Notes under the pieces: generated by a model | The model's input: the letters and a program-made list of their open reading frames with translations, nothing else | The model's database searches: none | What the model was told of the DNA's origin: nothing | Assembly: GCA_964405845.1 (NCBI GenBank) | Contig: CAYOPL010000029.1 | Coordinates: 31,056-95,055, forward strand | DNA length: 64,000 nucleotides | Direction of reading: 5' to 3' | Source: an uncultured Dehalococcoidia bacterium | GTDB lineage: Bacteria > Chloroflexota > Dehalococcoidia > UBA6926 | Made by a program: the position numbers and the translations under genes | Part shown: positions 1-8,373 of the stretch, piece after piece | Layout: the number at the start of each line of letters is the position of its first letter | Numbering within the stretch: the stretch's first letter is position 1

Positions 1-1974
1 GTAACGGCGCTGACCGGCAGGGGCTACCTGGACGCATCAGAAGTATGGGAGGGGCCGCGCATCTCTCCTCGCATGGAGATTTTTGTCGAGGCGGCGCTCC
101 CGGCGGATGAGTTGAGAACCAGAGCGGGGGAGCTTCGGGCGGCTGGGGCGTTTCGACAGGCGGATGCGCTGGAGGCGCTGGCTGCTAACCCGGGTGGACG
201 TTTATCTGACCTGAGGCGTGTTTCCGGCGCGGCGCGTGGGTCCTGGGATGCGCTTGCGGAGGCCGGTGTAATCACCCTGGAGCAACGCGAGACGCGGCGT
301 GACCCGCTTGCTGCGCGAGACACAATTTCACCGGTGGCTGATCTCGAACTCACTCCTCACCAGAAAGACGCACTCAATCACGTGACAGCGAGCATCAATG
401 ATGGCGCGTCTGACGTTTATCTGCTGCACGGCGTGACAGGGAGCGGCAAGACGGAGGTGTACCTGCAGGCGTTCCGACGTGTGATCGAGAAGGGCAGGCG
501 GGGCATCATGCTGGTGCCTGAGATCGCGCTGACGCCACAGACGATCGGCCGGTTCTGGGAGCGATTCCCCGGTCGCGTTGCCGTCCTCCACAGCGGTCTC
601 ACTATTCGAGAGCGATACGACGAATGGCGGAGCATCGCGGAGGGGCAGTTCGATATTGTCATTGGTTCGCGGAGCGCCGCGCTTGCGCCCATGCCGGACG
701 TCGGCCTGATTGTGGTGGATGAAGAGCAGGAGTGGACGTACAAGCAGGAGTCGCCTGCGCCTCGCTACCACGCCCGAGACGTGGCCATCGAGCGCGCCCG
801 TCGAGAGAACGCCGTGGTGGTGCTCGGCAGCGCGACGCCGGACGTTGGCACGATGTACGCCGCGCTCAGGACAGAGATCACCCTGCTGGAACTCCCGGGG
901 CGGATTACGACGGTTGAGGACGGCGGGGACACGGGATGGACGGAGCGGCCGCTTGCGGACGTAGAGATCGTCGATCTGCGGCAGGAGCTGTTGGAGGGCA
1001 ACCGCAGCATTTTTTCCCGGGCGCTGAGAGAGGCGATGACCGACGCGCTGGGGCGGGGCGAGCAGGCGATCCTGTTTGTGAACCGGCGTGGGGCGGGGCA
1101 GGCCGTGCAGTGCCGCGCGTGCGGTCATACGATGCGATGCCGCCGCTGTACGACGGTCATGACGTACCACGCCGACGAGCGGATCGTGTGTCACCTATGC
1201 GGGGACAGTCGACGCTCCCCCACCCGCTGTCCCCGTTGCCGCCGCAACACCATCCGGGCCATTGGTATCGGCACGGAACGTGTTGCCGAAGAGGCAACGG
1301 CGGCTTTTCCGGGGGCGCGTGTGATTCGGTGGGACCGCGACGCCGTGAACGAAGCGCGGGGGCATGAGCCGATCCTCGGGGAGTTTGCGAATGGCCGCGC
1401 GGATATCCTTGTCGGCACGCAGATGATCGCCAAGGGACTTGATTTGCCGGGTGTCACGGTTGTAGGTGTGGTGAACGCGGACATCGGGCTGCACGCGCCG
1501 GATTTTCGCGCTTCGGAGAGGGTATTTCAGCTACTGTGCCAGGTGGCGGGCAGGGCGGGGAGAGGCCATGCGCCGGGCCGCGTGATCGTCCAGACGTATG
1601 AGCCGGAGAACCAGGCGATACAGGCCGCGGCGGCGCAGGATTATCGGCAGTTCTACCTGGAGGAAACGCAGTTCCGACGGCAGCTTCGCTACCCGCCGTA
1701 TAGTCGCATGGCGCGGCTGACGTGCGCACGAACATCGCGACAGGACGCGCAGGAATCGGCAGTCCAGTTGGCGCGGATGCTGCGCGCTGAGATACGGTCG
1801 CGGGGCATGATGAACACCCGCGTAATTGGCCCTGCGCCAGCTGCGTGGGAGCGGCTGCGCGGTCGGTATCGCTGGCAGATAACGATTATTGCCGATGAGC
1901 CGACGGAGCTATTGGAAACGGTCGCGTTGCCCCCCGGCTGGACGGTGGACGTTGATCCGATGAGCGGAGGCTAG
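1..1974 (+). CDS. priA: Primosomal protein N' (PriA replication-restart helicase), 5'-truncated by the window edge
   Basis: Frame 1 is open from nt 1 to the listed Met at 73, so the N-terminus probably lies upstream. Motifs: Walker A GVTGSGKTEVY, DExx box VVDEEQEW, Cys-rich zinc module CRACGHTMRCRRC..CHLCG..CPRC, C-terminal helicase lobe GTQMIAKGLD. Confidence 0.9.
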   Translation, partial: VTALTGRGYLDASEVWEGPRISPRMEIFVEAALPADELRTRAGELRAAGAFRQADALEALAANPGGRLSDLRRVSGAARGSWDALAEAGVITLEQRETRRDPLAARDTISPVADLELTPHQKDALNHVTASINDGASDVYLLHGVTGSGKTEVYLQAFRRVIEKGRRGIMLVPEIALTPQTIGRFWERFPGRVAVLHSGLTIRERYDEWRSIAEGQFDIVIGSRSAALAPMPDVGLIVVDEEQEWTYKQESPAPRYHARDVAIERARRENAVVVLGSATPDVGTMYAALRTEITLLELPGRITTVEDGGDTGWTERPLADVEIVDLRQELLEGNRSIFSRALREAMTDALGRGEQAILFVNRRGAGQAVQCRACGHTMRCRRCTTVMTYHADERIVCHLCGDSRRSPTRCPRCRRNTIRAIGIGTERVAEEATAAFPGARVIRWDRDAVNEARGHEPILGEFANGRADILVGTQMIAKGLDLPGVTVVGVVNADIGLHAPDFRASERVFQLLCQVAGRAGRGHAPGRVIVQTYEPENQAIQAAAAQDYRQFYLEETQFRRQLRYPPYSRMARLTCARTSRQDAQESAVQLARMLRAEIRSRGMMNTRVIGPAPAAWERLRGRYRWQITIIADEPTELLETVALPPGWTVDVDPMSGG

Positions 1975-2065
1975 CAGAGAATACGCCAATTCACTGTTGC
2001 AGCCCTCAGCCATGCGGCGATACGCTCACGTGAGCGAAGGGCAATGGACGGAGGAAAACGGTCGG

Positions 2066-2491
2066 ATGGAACCCAGAATCAGCATCATCACCCTCGGCGT
2101 ATCGGATCTGGCGCGCTCGACGGTCTTTTATCGGGACGGACTGGGCTTCCCTGTCCATGACGCGGGCGGGGATGAGATCACGTTCTTTGAACTGAACGAC
2201 ATCATGTTTGCGCTGTATTCGCGGGACGATCTGGCCGACGATATTGGCCACCCGGAATTCAAAGGAACGCCGCAGCCGGAGATGCACGGATTCACCATCG
2301 CCCACAACGTGGCGTCGCGTGAGGAAGTGGATGCTGTCCTGCGTCACGCAGAGGGGGCCGGGGCAAGAATCGTCAAGCCGGCGGAAGAGGTCTTCTGGGG
2401 CGGGTATTCCGGCTACTTCGCGGACCCGGACGGGTTCCTGTGGGAAGTGGCCACCGGCGCCGGTTTGCCTGTCGATCCGGAGGGGGAGTGA
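2066..2491 (+). CDS. VOC (glyoxalase/bleomycin-resistance/dioxygenase) family protein
   Basis: ORF 1997..2491. Preferred start is ATG 2066, with GGAGGA about 9 nt upstream. ISIITLGVSDLARSTVFYRDGLGF and GGYSGYFADPDGFLWEV are typical VOC modules. Confidence 0.75.
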   Translation: MEPRISIITLGVSDLARSTVFYRDGLGFPVHDAGGDEITFFELNDIMFALYSRDDLADDIGHPEFKGTPQPEMHGFTIAHNVASREEVDAVLRHAEGAGARIVKPAEEVFWGGYSGYFADPDGFLWEVATGAGLPVDPEGE

Positions 2492-2494
2492 ATC

Positions 2495-2809
2495 ATGTTC
2501 TATGAACTGAGGCAGTACGAAGCGCATACGTCACGGATCAACGACCTGATCGACAGGTTCGCGACCGTGACGACAAAGATGTTTGAGCGGCACGGCTTTC
2601 GCGCGGTCGGGTATTGGCGAGAAGAGGTGGGGATTCCGCATCGGGTGATCTATCTGCTCGCGTGGGAGAGTTGGGAGGCGCGGGAGGCGGCGTGGGGCGC
2701 GTTCTACGCCGACCCTGAATGGCCGAAGTCGATGGAGAAGTACGGCGAGACGGTCTCCCACATCACGAATCACATCCTGCAGCCACTGCCGTTCTCGCCG
2801 CTGCCATAG
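2495..2809 (+). CDS. NIPSNAP family protein
   Basis: 104-aa ORF beginning MFYELRQYE, with later YLLAWESWEAREAAW. This is the dimeric alpha-beta barrel NIPSNAP pattern. It starts 3 nt after the VOC gene stop. Confidence 0.7.
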   Translation: MFYELRQYEAHTSRINDLIDRFATVTTKMFERHGFRAVGYWREEVGIPHRVIYLLAWESWEAREAAWGAFYADPEWPKSMEKYGETVSHITNHILQPLPFSPLP

Positions 2810-2860
2810 GGCAAGACAGACTGAGTCAGCGTTACTATGCGCGGCAAGGAAATGTGCTCT

Positions 2861-2891
2861 GGATTCCCGCTTTCGCGGGAATGACGAGTGG
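2861..2891. repeat. REP-like hairpin repeat, copy 1 (GGATTCCCGC-tttc-GCGGGAATGACGAGTGG)
   Basis: 8-bp stem ATTCCCGC/GCGGGAAT with a 4-nt loop. It is 28/31 identical to the copy at 6471..6501 and ends 5 nt from the stop codon of the VWA gene. Spurious ORF 2719..2994 translates it as IPAFAGMT. Confidence 0.65.
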
Positions 2892-2896
2892 CGGCG

Positions 2897-4945
2897 TCAG
2901 GAGATTATGGAGCGGCGGCGGTTGGTGTAGTAGTCCACCACGATGTATTCGCCCAGCCGCTCCGGCGACGTGTAGAAGACGCGGCCCTTGTTGATCCGTG
3001 TGATCTGGTCCACGAATTCCATCAGATACGGGTTCTGCTCCAGCATGAACGTGTTGATGGAGATGCCCGAGCGTGTTGTGCGGGCCACCTCTTTCAGCGT
3101 CTCCTGGATGGTGCGCGGGCTTGGCGGGTACTGGAGGAAGATGCGGCCGTTCTCGATGTGTGCCGTCGGCTCGCCGTCCGACACCATGATTATCTGTTTG
3201 TTGCCACCCGCATGGCGTGCCAGGAGCTTCTGGGCCACGACCAAGCCGTGCTGGATGTTGGTGTACGGCTCGAACTCGTCCCAGCTGAGGTAGGCGAGGG
3301 TCTCCGGCTTCATTTCCCGCGCGTAGGTTGAGAATCCTACCACGTACAGGCTGTCGCGGCTGAACTGCGTTCGAATCAGCGTGTCCAGCGCCAGCGCGAC
3401 TTTCTTGGCCGTCACAAAGTTGCCGCGCATCGCCATTGAGAGGCTGAGGTCGATCAGCAGCACCGTTGACGCCTGCGCCATGTCCTCCGTCTCGCGGACC
3501 TGGAAATCGTCCGCCTCCAGCCGCACAGGCACCCCGTTGCCGCTGCGCATGACGGCGGATTGCACGGTCCGGCGGAGATCGACATTGAATTCGTCGCCGT
3601 ATTGGTAGGGACGGGTGGTCTCCGTCGGCTCGCCGCCGCGTCCCCGGATCCGCGCGTTGTGGCGGCCGGTGTATGTGCGCCTCAGGTAGCCAAATATCTC
3701 GGCCAATGCCTTCTCACCGATCTTGCGGATGCCGCGCGCGGTGAACTCATGCGAGCCGTCGTCCGATTCCCGCAGCAAGCCCTCCTCGACGGCTCGCTCG
3801 GCCAGTTGGCGCAGCTTCTCCAGTGACTGCTCCGCGTCCTCTCCCAGGATCTCGCTGACGCGCTCGGAGTCGATCTGGTTGATGTTCCCGCCGCCGTACA
3901 GCGCCTTCTTGAGATCGTCTTCAAGGTTGTCCATGCGATTCAGCTCGTCCATCAGGTTGAGGGCGTCCTGCAGGGCGACGGGCTCATTGCCGCTGAACCT
4001 GAATTGCCGACCGAACTCGCCGCCAACGCGCAGCATGTCAAGGTTCACTTGCAGCTCCGCCATCTGCTGGGCCAGTTCCGGGTTGTCCAACATTCCCGAG
4101 ATCATGTCCTGCAGCTGTTGGCGCTGGTCCGGCGAGAGGCTGCCCATCAGCGACTGCGCTTGCTGGGCCTGCTCCTGGAGCTGGTCGATGAGCTGCTCGA
4201 TGTCCTGCGGCGGCGACGCGCCGAAAGCGCCGCCCCACCGCTCCATGAACTCATCGAACCCGGTGTCCTCATCGCCACGGATGTGGCGCTGCAACATGCC
4301 GTTGAGTTCCTGCATCATCTGCGCCGCGGCGTCGATGTCCTGCTGCGTGATGTTCTCGAGATTGTCGCGAAGGTCCGAGAATTGGCGGTCAACGAACTGC
4401 TGTTGGATGAGGTTCTTTAACTCTTCAAAAAGGCGCTGCGCCTCCGGGTCCATGAACTCGTAGTCATTGAGTTCACGGACGGCATCGCCGAGGTTCTCAG
4501 GCAGGGCATTGAGGGTGGCCTCATTCTTCTGCGCCATCTCCTTGACGCGTTCGGCGAGACGGGCGGCGGTTTCGGGGTCGATGCCGGCCGGGGGATTTTC
4601 AGTTGCCGACTCCGCGGCATCCACCCGCTCCTGGATTCCCTGTCGTTCTGTGTCGATGACCTCTTGCAGTCGATTGCGGAGGTCGTCAAGCAGGCTGCCG
4701 AGGTCGTGTTTGCGGAGGATTTCCTGCCGCTGTTCACGCAGGCGGCGGAGCATATCGTCCATGCCCTGCACGTCGACATCACTGTCACGCGGGTGCGTGC
4801 CCCGCCGCATGATTGATCGGAGAGACGCGTCGATGTCCCCGCGGGCGAGAACATCGTCCATCAACTCATTCAGCAGGGCTTCCTCAGCCGCCTCGTCGAG
4901 GAGCTGCGTGCCGTCCCAGCGAGAGAACCGGTAGATCGGCGCCAC
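2897..4945 (-). CDS. VWA domain protein with long acidic coiled-coil N-terminal region (ChlD/CobT-like logic, function unknown)
   Basis: 682 aa with a GTG start at 4945. The C-terminal VWA has an intact MIDAS (LLIDLSLSM ... MVSDGEPT). The N-terminal ~380 aa are E/D/Q/L-rich, predicted helical, and lack a P-loop. The start lies 3 nt after the stop of the upstream AAA+ gene. Confidence 0.85.
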   Translation of the reverse strand: MAPIYRFSRWDGTQLLDEAAEEALLNELMDDVLARGDIDASLRSIMRRGTHPRDSDVDVQGMDDMLRRLREQRQEILRKHDLGSLLDDLRNRLQEVIDTERQGIQERVDAAESATENPPAGIDPETAARLAERVKEMAQKNEATLNALPENLGDAVRELNDYEFMDPEAQRLFEELKNLIQQQFVDRQFSDLRDNLENITQQDIDAAAQMMQELNGMLQRHIRGDEDTGFDEFMERWGGAFGASPPQDIEQLIDQLQEQAQQAQSLMGSLSPDQRQQLQDMISGMLDNPELAQQMAELQVNLDMLRVGGEFGRQFRFSGNEPVALQDALNLMDELNRMDNLEDDLKKALYGGGNINQIDSERVSEILGEDAEQSLEKLRQLAERAVEEGLLRESDDGSHEFTARGIRKIGEKALAEIFGYLRRTYTGRHNARIRGRGGEPTETTRPYQYGDEFNVDLRRTVQSAVMRSGNGVPVRLEADDFQVRETEDMAQASTVLLIDLSLSMAMRGNFVTAKKVALALDTLIRTQFSRDSLYVVGFSTYAREMKPETLAYLSWDEFEPYTNIQHGLVVAQKLLARHAGGNKQIIMVSDGEPTAHIENGRIFLQYPPSPRTIQETLKEVARTTRSGISINTFMLEQNPYLMEFVDQITRINKGRVFYTSPERLGEYIVVDYYTNRRRSIIS

Positions 4946-4948
4946 GCC

Positions 4949-6343
4949 TCAGCCTCGATAGCGGTAGCCACCCTCGTGTCGGTCTTTGTTGATCTTCCTG
5001 CTGAGGTGCAGCCCGTCCAGCACGAACTCCACGACCGACGCCTGCGCCGCTACCGAGCGCTTTACGTCAAGTCGATTGGCCGCATCCTTTAGCTCCGGCA
5101 GGTCCTTGAGCCAGCCGGACAGTTCCTTGGAGGGAACCATGTCGCCGGTGTCGATGGACAGACCCTCGTCAAAGCGCCGGATGATGGCATCGAACTCGTT
5201 GACGGAGAAGTGGTTGTTGAAGGTGTTGAGCACGGCGCGCTTGGTCAAGTCTTCGATGATGCGCGGCTCGCGGCCCTCTTCCACGCTCTCCAGCTCAACC
5301 TTGCCAGCCGTCGACGTGAGGAAGTAGGACATGTCGCTGACGCGCGGCACGGCCTCCTTCTCCTTGAGGCGGAGGGCGCGGCGGACGGCGTTGGAGGAGA
5401 TGGTCTCATAGTTGCCGATGGAGACGCGCACGCTGACGCCGGAACGCTGGTTCACGTCGCCGCTCTTGCGGGCAAGATTCGTGAACTCGGCGACGACTTC
5501 CTTCATGTAATGCGGCATGGTCAGGTTCACGCCGACGTCCGCGATCTCCTCGCGCTCCGCGTCCATGATCTCAATCTCATGCTCGAGCGTCTTGGGGTAG
5601 TGGGTGCGAATCTGCGCGCCGAAACGGTCCTTGAGCGGGGTGATGATTCGCCCGCGGTTGGTGTAGTCCTCCGGGTTGGCGCTGGCAATCAGGAACAAGT
5701 CCAGCGGGAGCTGGACCTTGTAGCCCTTAATCTGCACATCGCGCTCTTCCATGATGTTGAACATGCCGACCTGTATCCGCTCCGAAAGGTCGGGCAGCTC
5801 ATTGATGCAGAAGATGCCGCGGTTGGTCCGGGGGATGAGGCCGTAGTGGATGGTGAACTCATCCGAGAGATAGCGTCCCTCGGCCACCTTGATGGGATCG
5901 ACCTCGCCGATGAGGTCCGCGATGGTGATGTCCGGTGTGGCGAGCTTCTCGCCGTAGCGGCGCTCACGGGGCAGCCATGCGATTGGTGTGGTGTCACCCT
6001 CCGCCTCCACGCGAGCCAGGCATGAGCTGCACGTGGGGTTGTACGGGTGGTCATTGATCTCACAGCCCTCGATGGTGGGTACCTCGGGATCGAGGAGGCC
6101 AACGAGAGCGCGGATGATGCGGGTCTTCGCTTGTCCTCGCTCGCCAAGCAGGATGATGTCCTGCCCTGAGAGGATAGCGTTCTCGATTTGCGGGAGAACC
6201 GTTTCCTCATAGCCGACGATACCGGGGAAGAGTTCCTCGCCTGTCCGAATCCGCGCCACAAGGTTCTTGCGAAGCTCGTCCTTGACGTTAAGAACGCGGT
6301 ATTCGCTCTGCCTCAGTTCCCCAATCGTCCGCGCCTTGGCCAT
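4949..6343 (-). CDS. ChlI/BchI-like AAA+ ATPase (Mg-chelatase-I family, function unknown)
   Basis: ORF 4949..6433. Preferred start is ATG 6343 (MAKARTIGEL), with GGGGGAGG 8 nt upstream. Motifs: FPGIVGYEETV, P-loop GERGQAKT, Walker B-like GIFCINELPDL, and ASANPEDYTNRGRIITPLKDRFG (sensor/Arg finger region typical of BchI). Confidence 0.85.
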   Translation of the reverse strand: MAKARTIGELRQSEYRVLNVKDELRKNLVARIRTGEELFPGIVGYEETVLPQIENAILSGQDIILLGERGQAKTRIIRALVGLLDPEVPTIEGCEINDHPYNPTCSSCLARVEAEGDTTPIAWLPRERRYGEKLATPDITIADLIGEVDPIKVAEGRYLSDEFTIHYGLIPRTNRGIFCINELPDLSERIQVGMFNIMEERDVQIKGYKVQLPLDLFLIASANPEDYTNRGRIITPLKDRFGAQIRTHYPKTLEHEIEIMDAEREEIADVGVNLTMPHYMKEVVAEFTNLARKSGDVNQRSGVSVRVSIGNYETISSNAVRRALRLKEKEAVPRVSDMSYFLTSTAGKVELESVEEGREPRIIEDLTKRAVLNTFNNHFSVNEFDAIIRRFDEGLSIDTGDMVPSKELSGWLKDLPELKDAANRLDVKRSVAAQASVVEFVLDGLHLSRKINKDRHEGGYRYRG

Positions 6344-6470
6344 TGTGTCTGCCTCCCCCGCCTTGTGATGCGCGCCACCCAATAGCCGGGCAGGGCGTTG
6401 CCCTATTGTCCGTTCGCCGTCCGAGCGTGTCAATTTGGCAGCTAGTCCGCGATACCATTGAAGGACGGAT

Positions 6471-6501
6471 GGATTCCCGCCTGCGCGGGAATGACGGGTG
6501 G
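6471..6501. repeat. REP-like hairpin repeat, copy 2 (GGATTCCCGC-ctgc-GCGGGAATGACGGGTGG)
   Basis: Same orientation as copy 1. It lies 127 nt upstream of the AAA+ start on the minus strand and 10 nt upstream of the OCD-family GTG start on the plus strand. Spurious ORF 6343..6531 translates it as DSRLRGNDG. Confidence 0.65.
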
Positions 6502-6511
6502 GAGGTGATAC

Positions 6512-7459
6512 GTGCCCTTGCTGCTAACTGAACAGGATGTCCTTGATCTTTCAACGATGGACGACGCTATCGCGGCGCTTGAGAGCGCCCACAAGAGCCA
6601 GGGGGCGGGCAGGGCGGTGAACGATCCGCGCCGCCGTCTCCGCGCTCCGCATGGAGCTGTGGCCATCATGCCGGGCGGTGACGCCGAGACGGGATTCCTG
6701 GGATTCAAGACAGCGTTCTATGCCGCGGGCGCTGTCCACGTTCTCCTTTATGACATGACTGAACGCAAGCTCGCGGCGATTGTCCAGGCGAATTGGCTTG
6801 GCACGCTGCGCACGGGAGCGGCGAGCGGCGTTGCGACAAAGTACATGGCGCGAGAGGACGCGGGGCAGACAGTCGGAATCATCGGGACAGGCATGCAGGC
6901 GCGGACGCAGGTTTCTGCGGTGTGCGCGGTGCGGAACGTGTCGCGGGTTCTCGCCTATGGGCGGGACGAGAACCGACGCAGGACGTTCGCGGAGCGGATT
7001 GGCGAGAGGGTAGGGGTTCCGGTGGAGCCGGTGGATAACGCGCAGGTTGTTGGCGAGGCGGACATCGTGATTACCGCGACGAATGCGTCGTCACCGGTGT
7101 TGGAGGGCGTGTGGCTCAAAGCGGGGGCGCATGTGAACGCCATCGGCTCGAACTCATTGCTTCGCCGGGAGATTGATATGGAGGCCGTAAGAAGGGCGGA
7201 CGCCATTGTGGTTGATGACCGCGAGCAGTCTGCTTTGGAAAGCGGTGATCTGCAGGAGCCAATCGAGCGCGGGATCGTTGATCTGGCGAGGCTGCCGGAG
7301 CTTGGGGACGTTGTTGCCGGTGGCCAGTCCGTCCGCGGATCAGACAGTGACATCACGCTGTTCGAGTCGCACGGCATCGGGTTGTGGGATGTTGCGCTGG
7401 CGACGCAAGTGTACCGGGCGGCGGTGGAACAGGGCAGAGGGACGCAGGCGGATATCTAG
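6512..7459 (+). CDS. Ornithine cyclodeaminase / mu-crystallin family protein
   Basis: 315 aa. Motifs: LGTLRTGAASGVATKYMA and the Rossmann segment VGIIGTGMQARTQV. GTG start preceded by GGGAGGTGA. Confidence 0.8.
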   Translation: MPLLLTEQDVLDLSTMDDAIAALESAHKSQGAGRAVNDPRRRLRAPHGAVAIMPGGDAETGFLGFKTAFYAAGAVHVLLYDMTERKLAAIVQANWLGTLRTGAASGVATKYMAREDAGQTVGIIGTGMQARTQVSAVCAVRNVSRVLAYGRDENRRRTFAERIGERVGVPVEPVDNAQVVGEADIVITATNASSPVLEGVWLKAGAHVNAIGSNSLLRREIDMEAVRRADAIVVDDREQSALESGDLQEPIERGIVDLARLPELGDVVAGGQSVRGSDSDITLFESHGIGLWDVALATQVYRAAVEQGRGTQADI

Positions 7460-7524
7460 GGTTGTCTCTCCTACTACACTGGATATGGGGAAAGCGCTAG
7501 CCCAAGCCGATAAGGAGAATTGAT

Positions 7525-7779
7525 ATGACGCAAACCGAAGCGGAAATCCTGATGTACGCCACGACGTGGTGCCCGGACTGCGCGCGGTCAAAGCGCCTGC
7601 TGGACAAGCACAACGTCAAGTACACCTGGATCAACATCGAGGAAGTCCCGGAGGCGGCAGACACTGTGCGGCATCTCAACAATGGAATGCAGGTAGTTCC
7701 GACAATCGTGCTGCCCGGCGGGCGTGTTCTGGCTGAGCCGTCCGATAAGGAGCTCAGCGCCGCCCTGGGCCTGAGCTAG
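7525..7779 (+). CDS. Glutaredoxin-like protein (mycoredoxin/NrdH-like, CPDC active site)
   Basis: 84 aa: ILMYATTWCPDCARSKRLLDKHNVKYTWINIEE ... VPTIVLPGG. Thioredoxin fold with CxxC. AAGGAGA lies 6 nt upstream of the ATG. Confidence 0.8.
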   Translation: MTQTEAEILMYATTWCPDCARSKRLLDKHNVKYTWINIEEVPEAADTVRHLNNGMQVVPTIVLPGGRVLAEPSDKELSAALGLS

Positions 7780-7789
7780 CCCACACACA

Positions 7790-8329
7790 GTGGCAAAGAC
7801 TCTACCCAAGACATACCTCACCACGTTCCTGCTTCTCGCGGTTCTAGCTGTCGGCGCCGGGCTATTCGCGGCGTGCGCCGAGACTGAACCTGTCACGGAT
7901 GCGGAGACTGCCGAAATCAAGTCGGTGTTGGATGACCGTTCATTCCGGCAATTCGACTCGGGGGTGGACGATAGCCCACGAAAAGGCGTCATCATCGATT
8001 TCTTTAGCGGTGTAGAAGTGTGGGCGCAGTACGCGGAGGGTGACTACGCCGTTGATGAGTGGCGGATATACGCGTCCGACTACCGCATCGAGAAGTCCGG
8101 AGGTCTCTCCAACATCACCATCTACCTTGAGAACCCGGGTAGTGAGCGCATCCTGACGGAGCCGTGCCAGGACTGCATCCCCATGGACGGTTTTTCTATC
8201 TCCATACGCAACGCCCTTGATGAGGACGATATACGCTTCCGGTTGAATGATCCGAACGATGTGCTGCCGTCCCCGTTCCCGGTGTTTACGTCGTGGACGC
8301 GTTTCTCCGAGGACGAATACTTCGAGTAA
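7790..8329 (+). CDS. Hypothetical lipoprotein
   Basis: 179 aa with a signal peptide and lipobox (LAVGAGLFAAC). No recognisable catalytic motif. GTG start 10 nt after the preceding stop. Confidence 0.5.
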   Translation: MAKTLPKTYLTTFLLLAVLAVGAGLFAACAETEPVTDAETAEIKSVLDDRSFRQFDSGVDDSPRKGVIIDFFSGVEVWAQYAEGDYAVDEWRIYASDYRIEKSGGLSNITIYLENPGSERILTEPCQDCIPMDGFSISIRNALDEDDIRFRLNDPNDVLPSPFPVFTSWTRFSEDEYFE

Positions 8330-8373
8330 CCTTCGGCCCTATTGAGCAACGTTCTCGGCAGCGGATGCCTGCT

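Noticed and set aside
2861-2891. Interpreting the hairpin repeat downstream of the VWA gene as a classical Rho-independent terminator.
   Set aside because: On the transcribed (minus) strand the stem is followed by CCAGAGCACATTTCC, with no U-tract. The second copy sits in a promoter region, so it is treated as a repeat element.
2897-6343. Annotating the AAA+/VWA pair as magnesium chelatase subunits ChlI/ChlD for (bacterio)chlorophyll synthesis.
   Set aside because: The VWA protein lacks the degenerate AAA+ N-terminal half of ChlD/BchD. No ChlH/BchH or pigment genes are nearby. The Walker B is atypical. Only the generic family call is kept.
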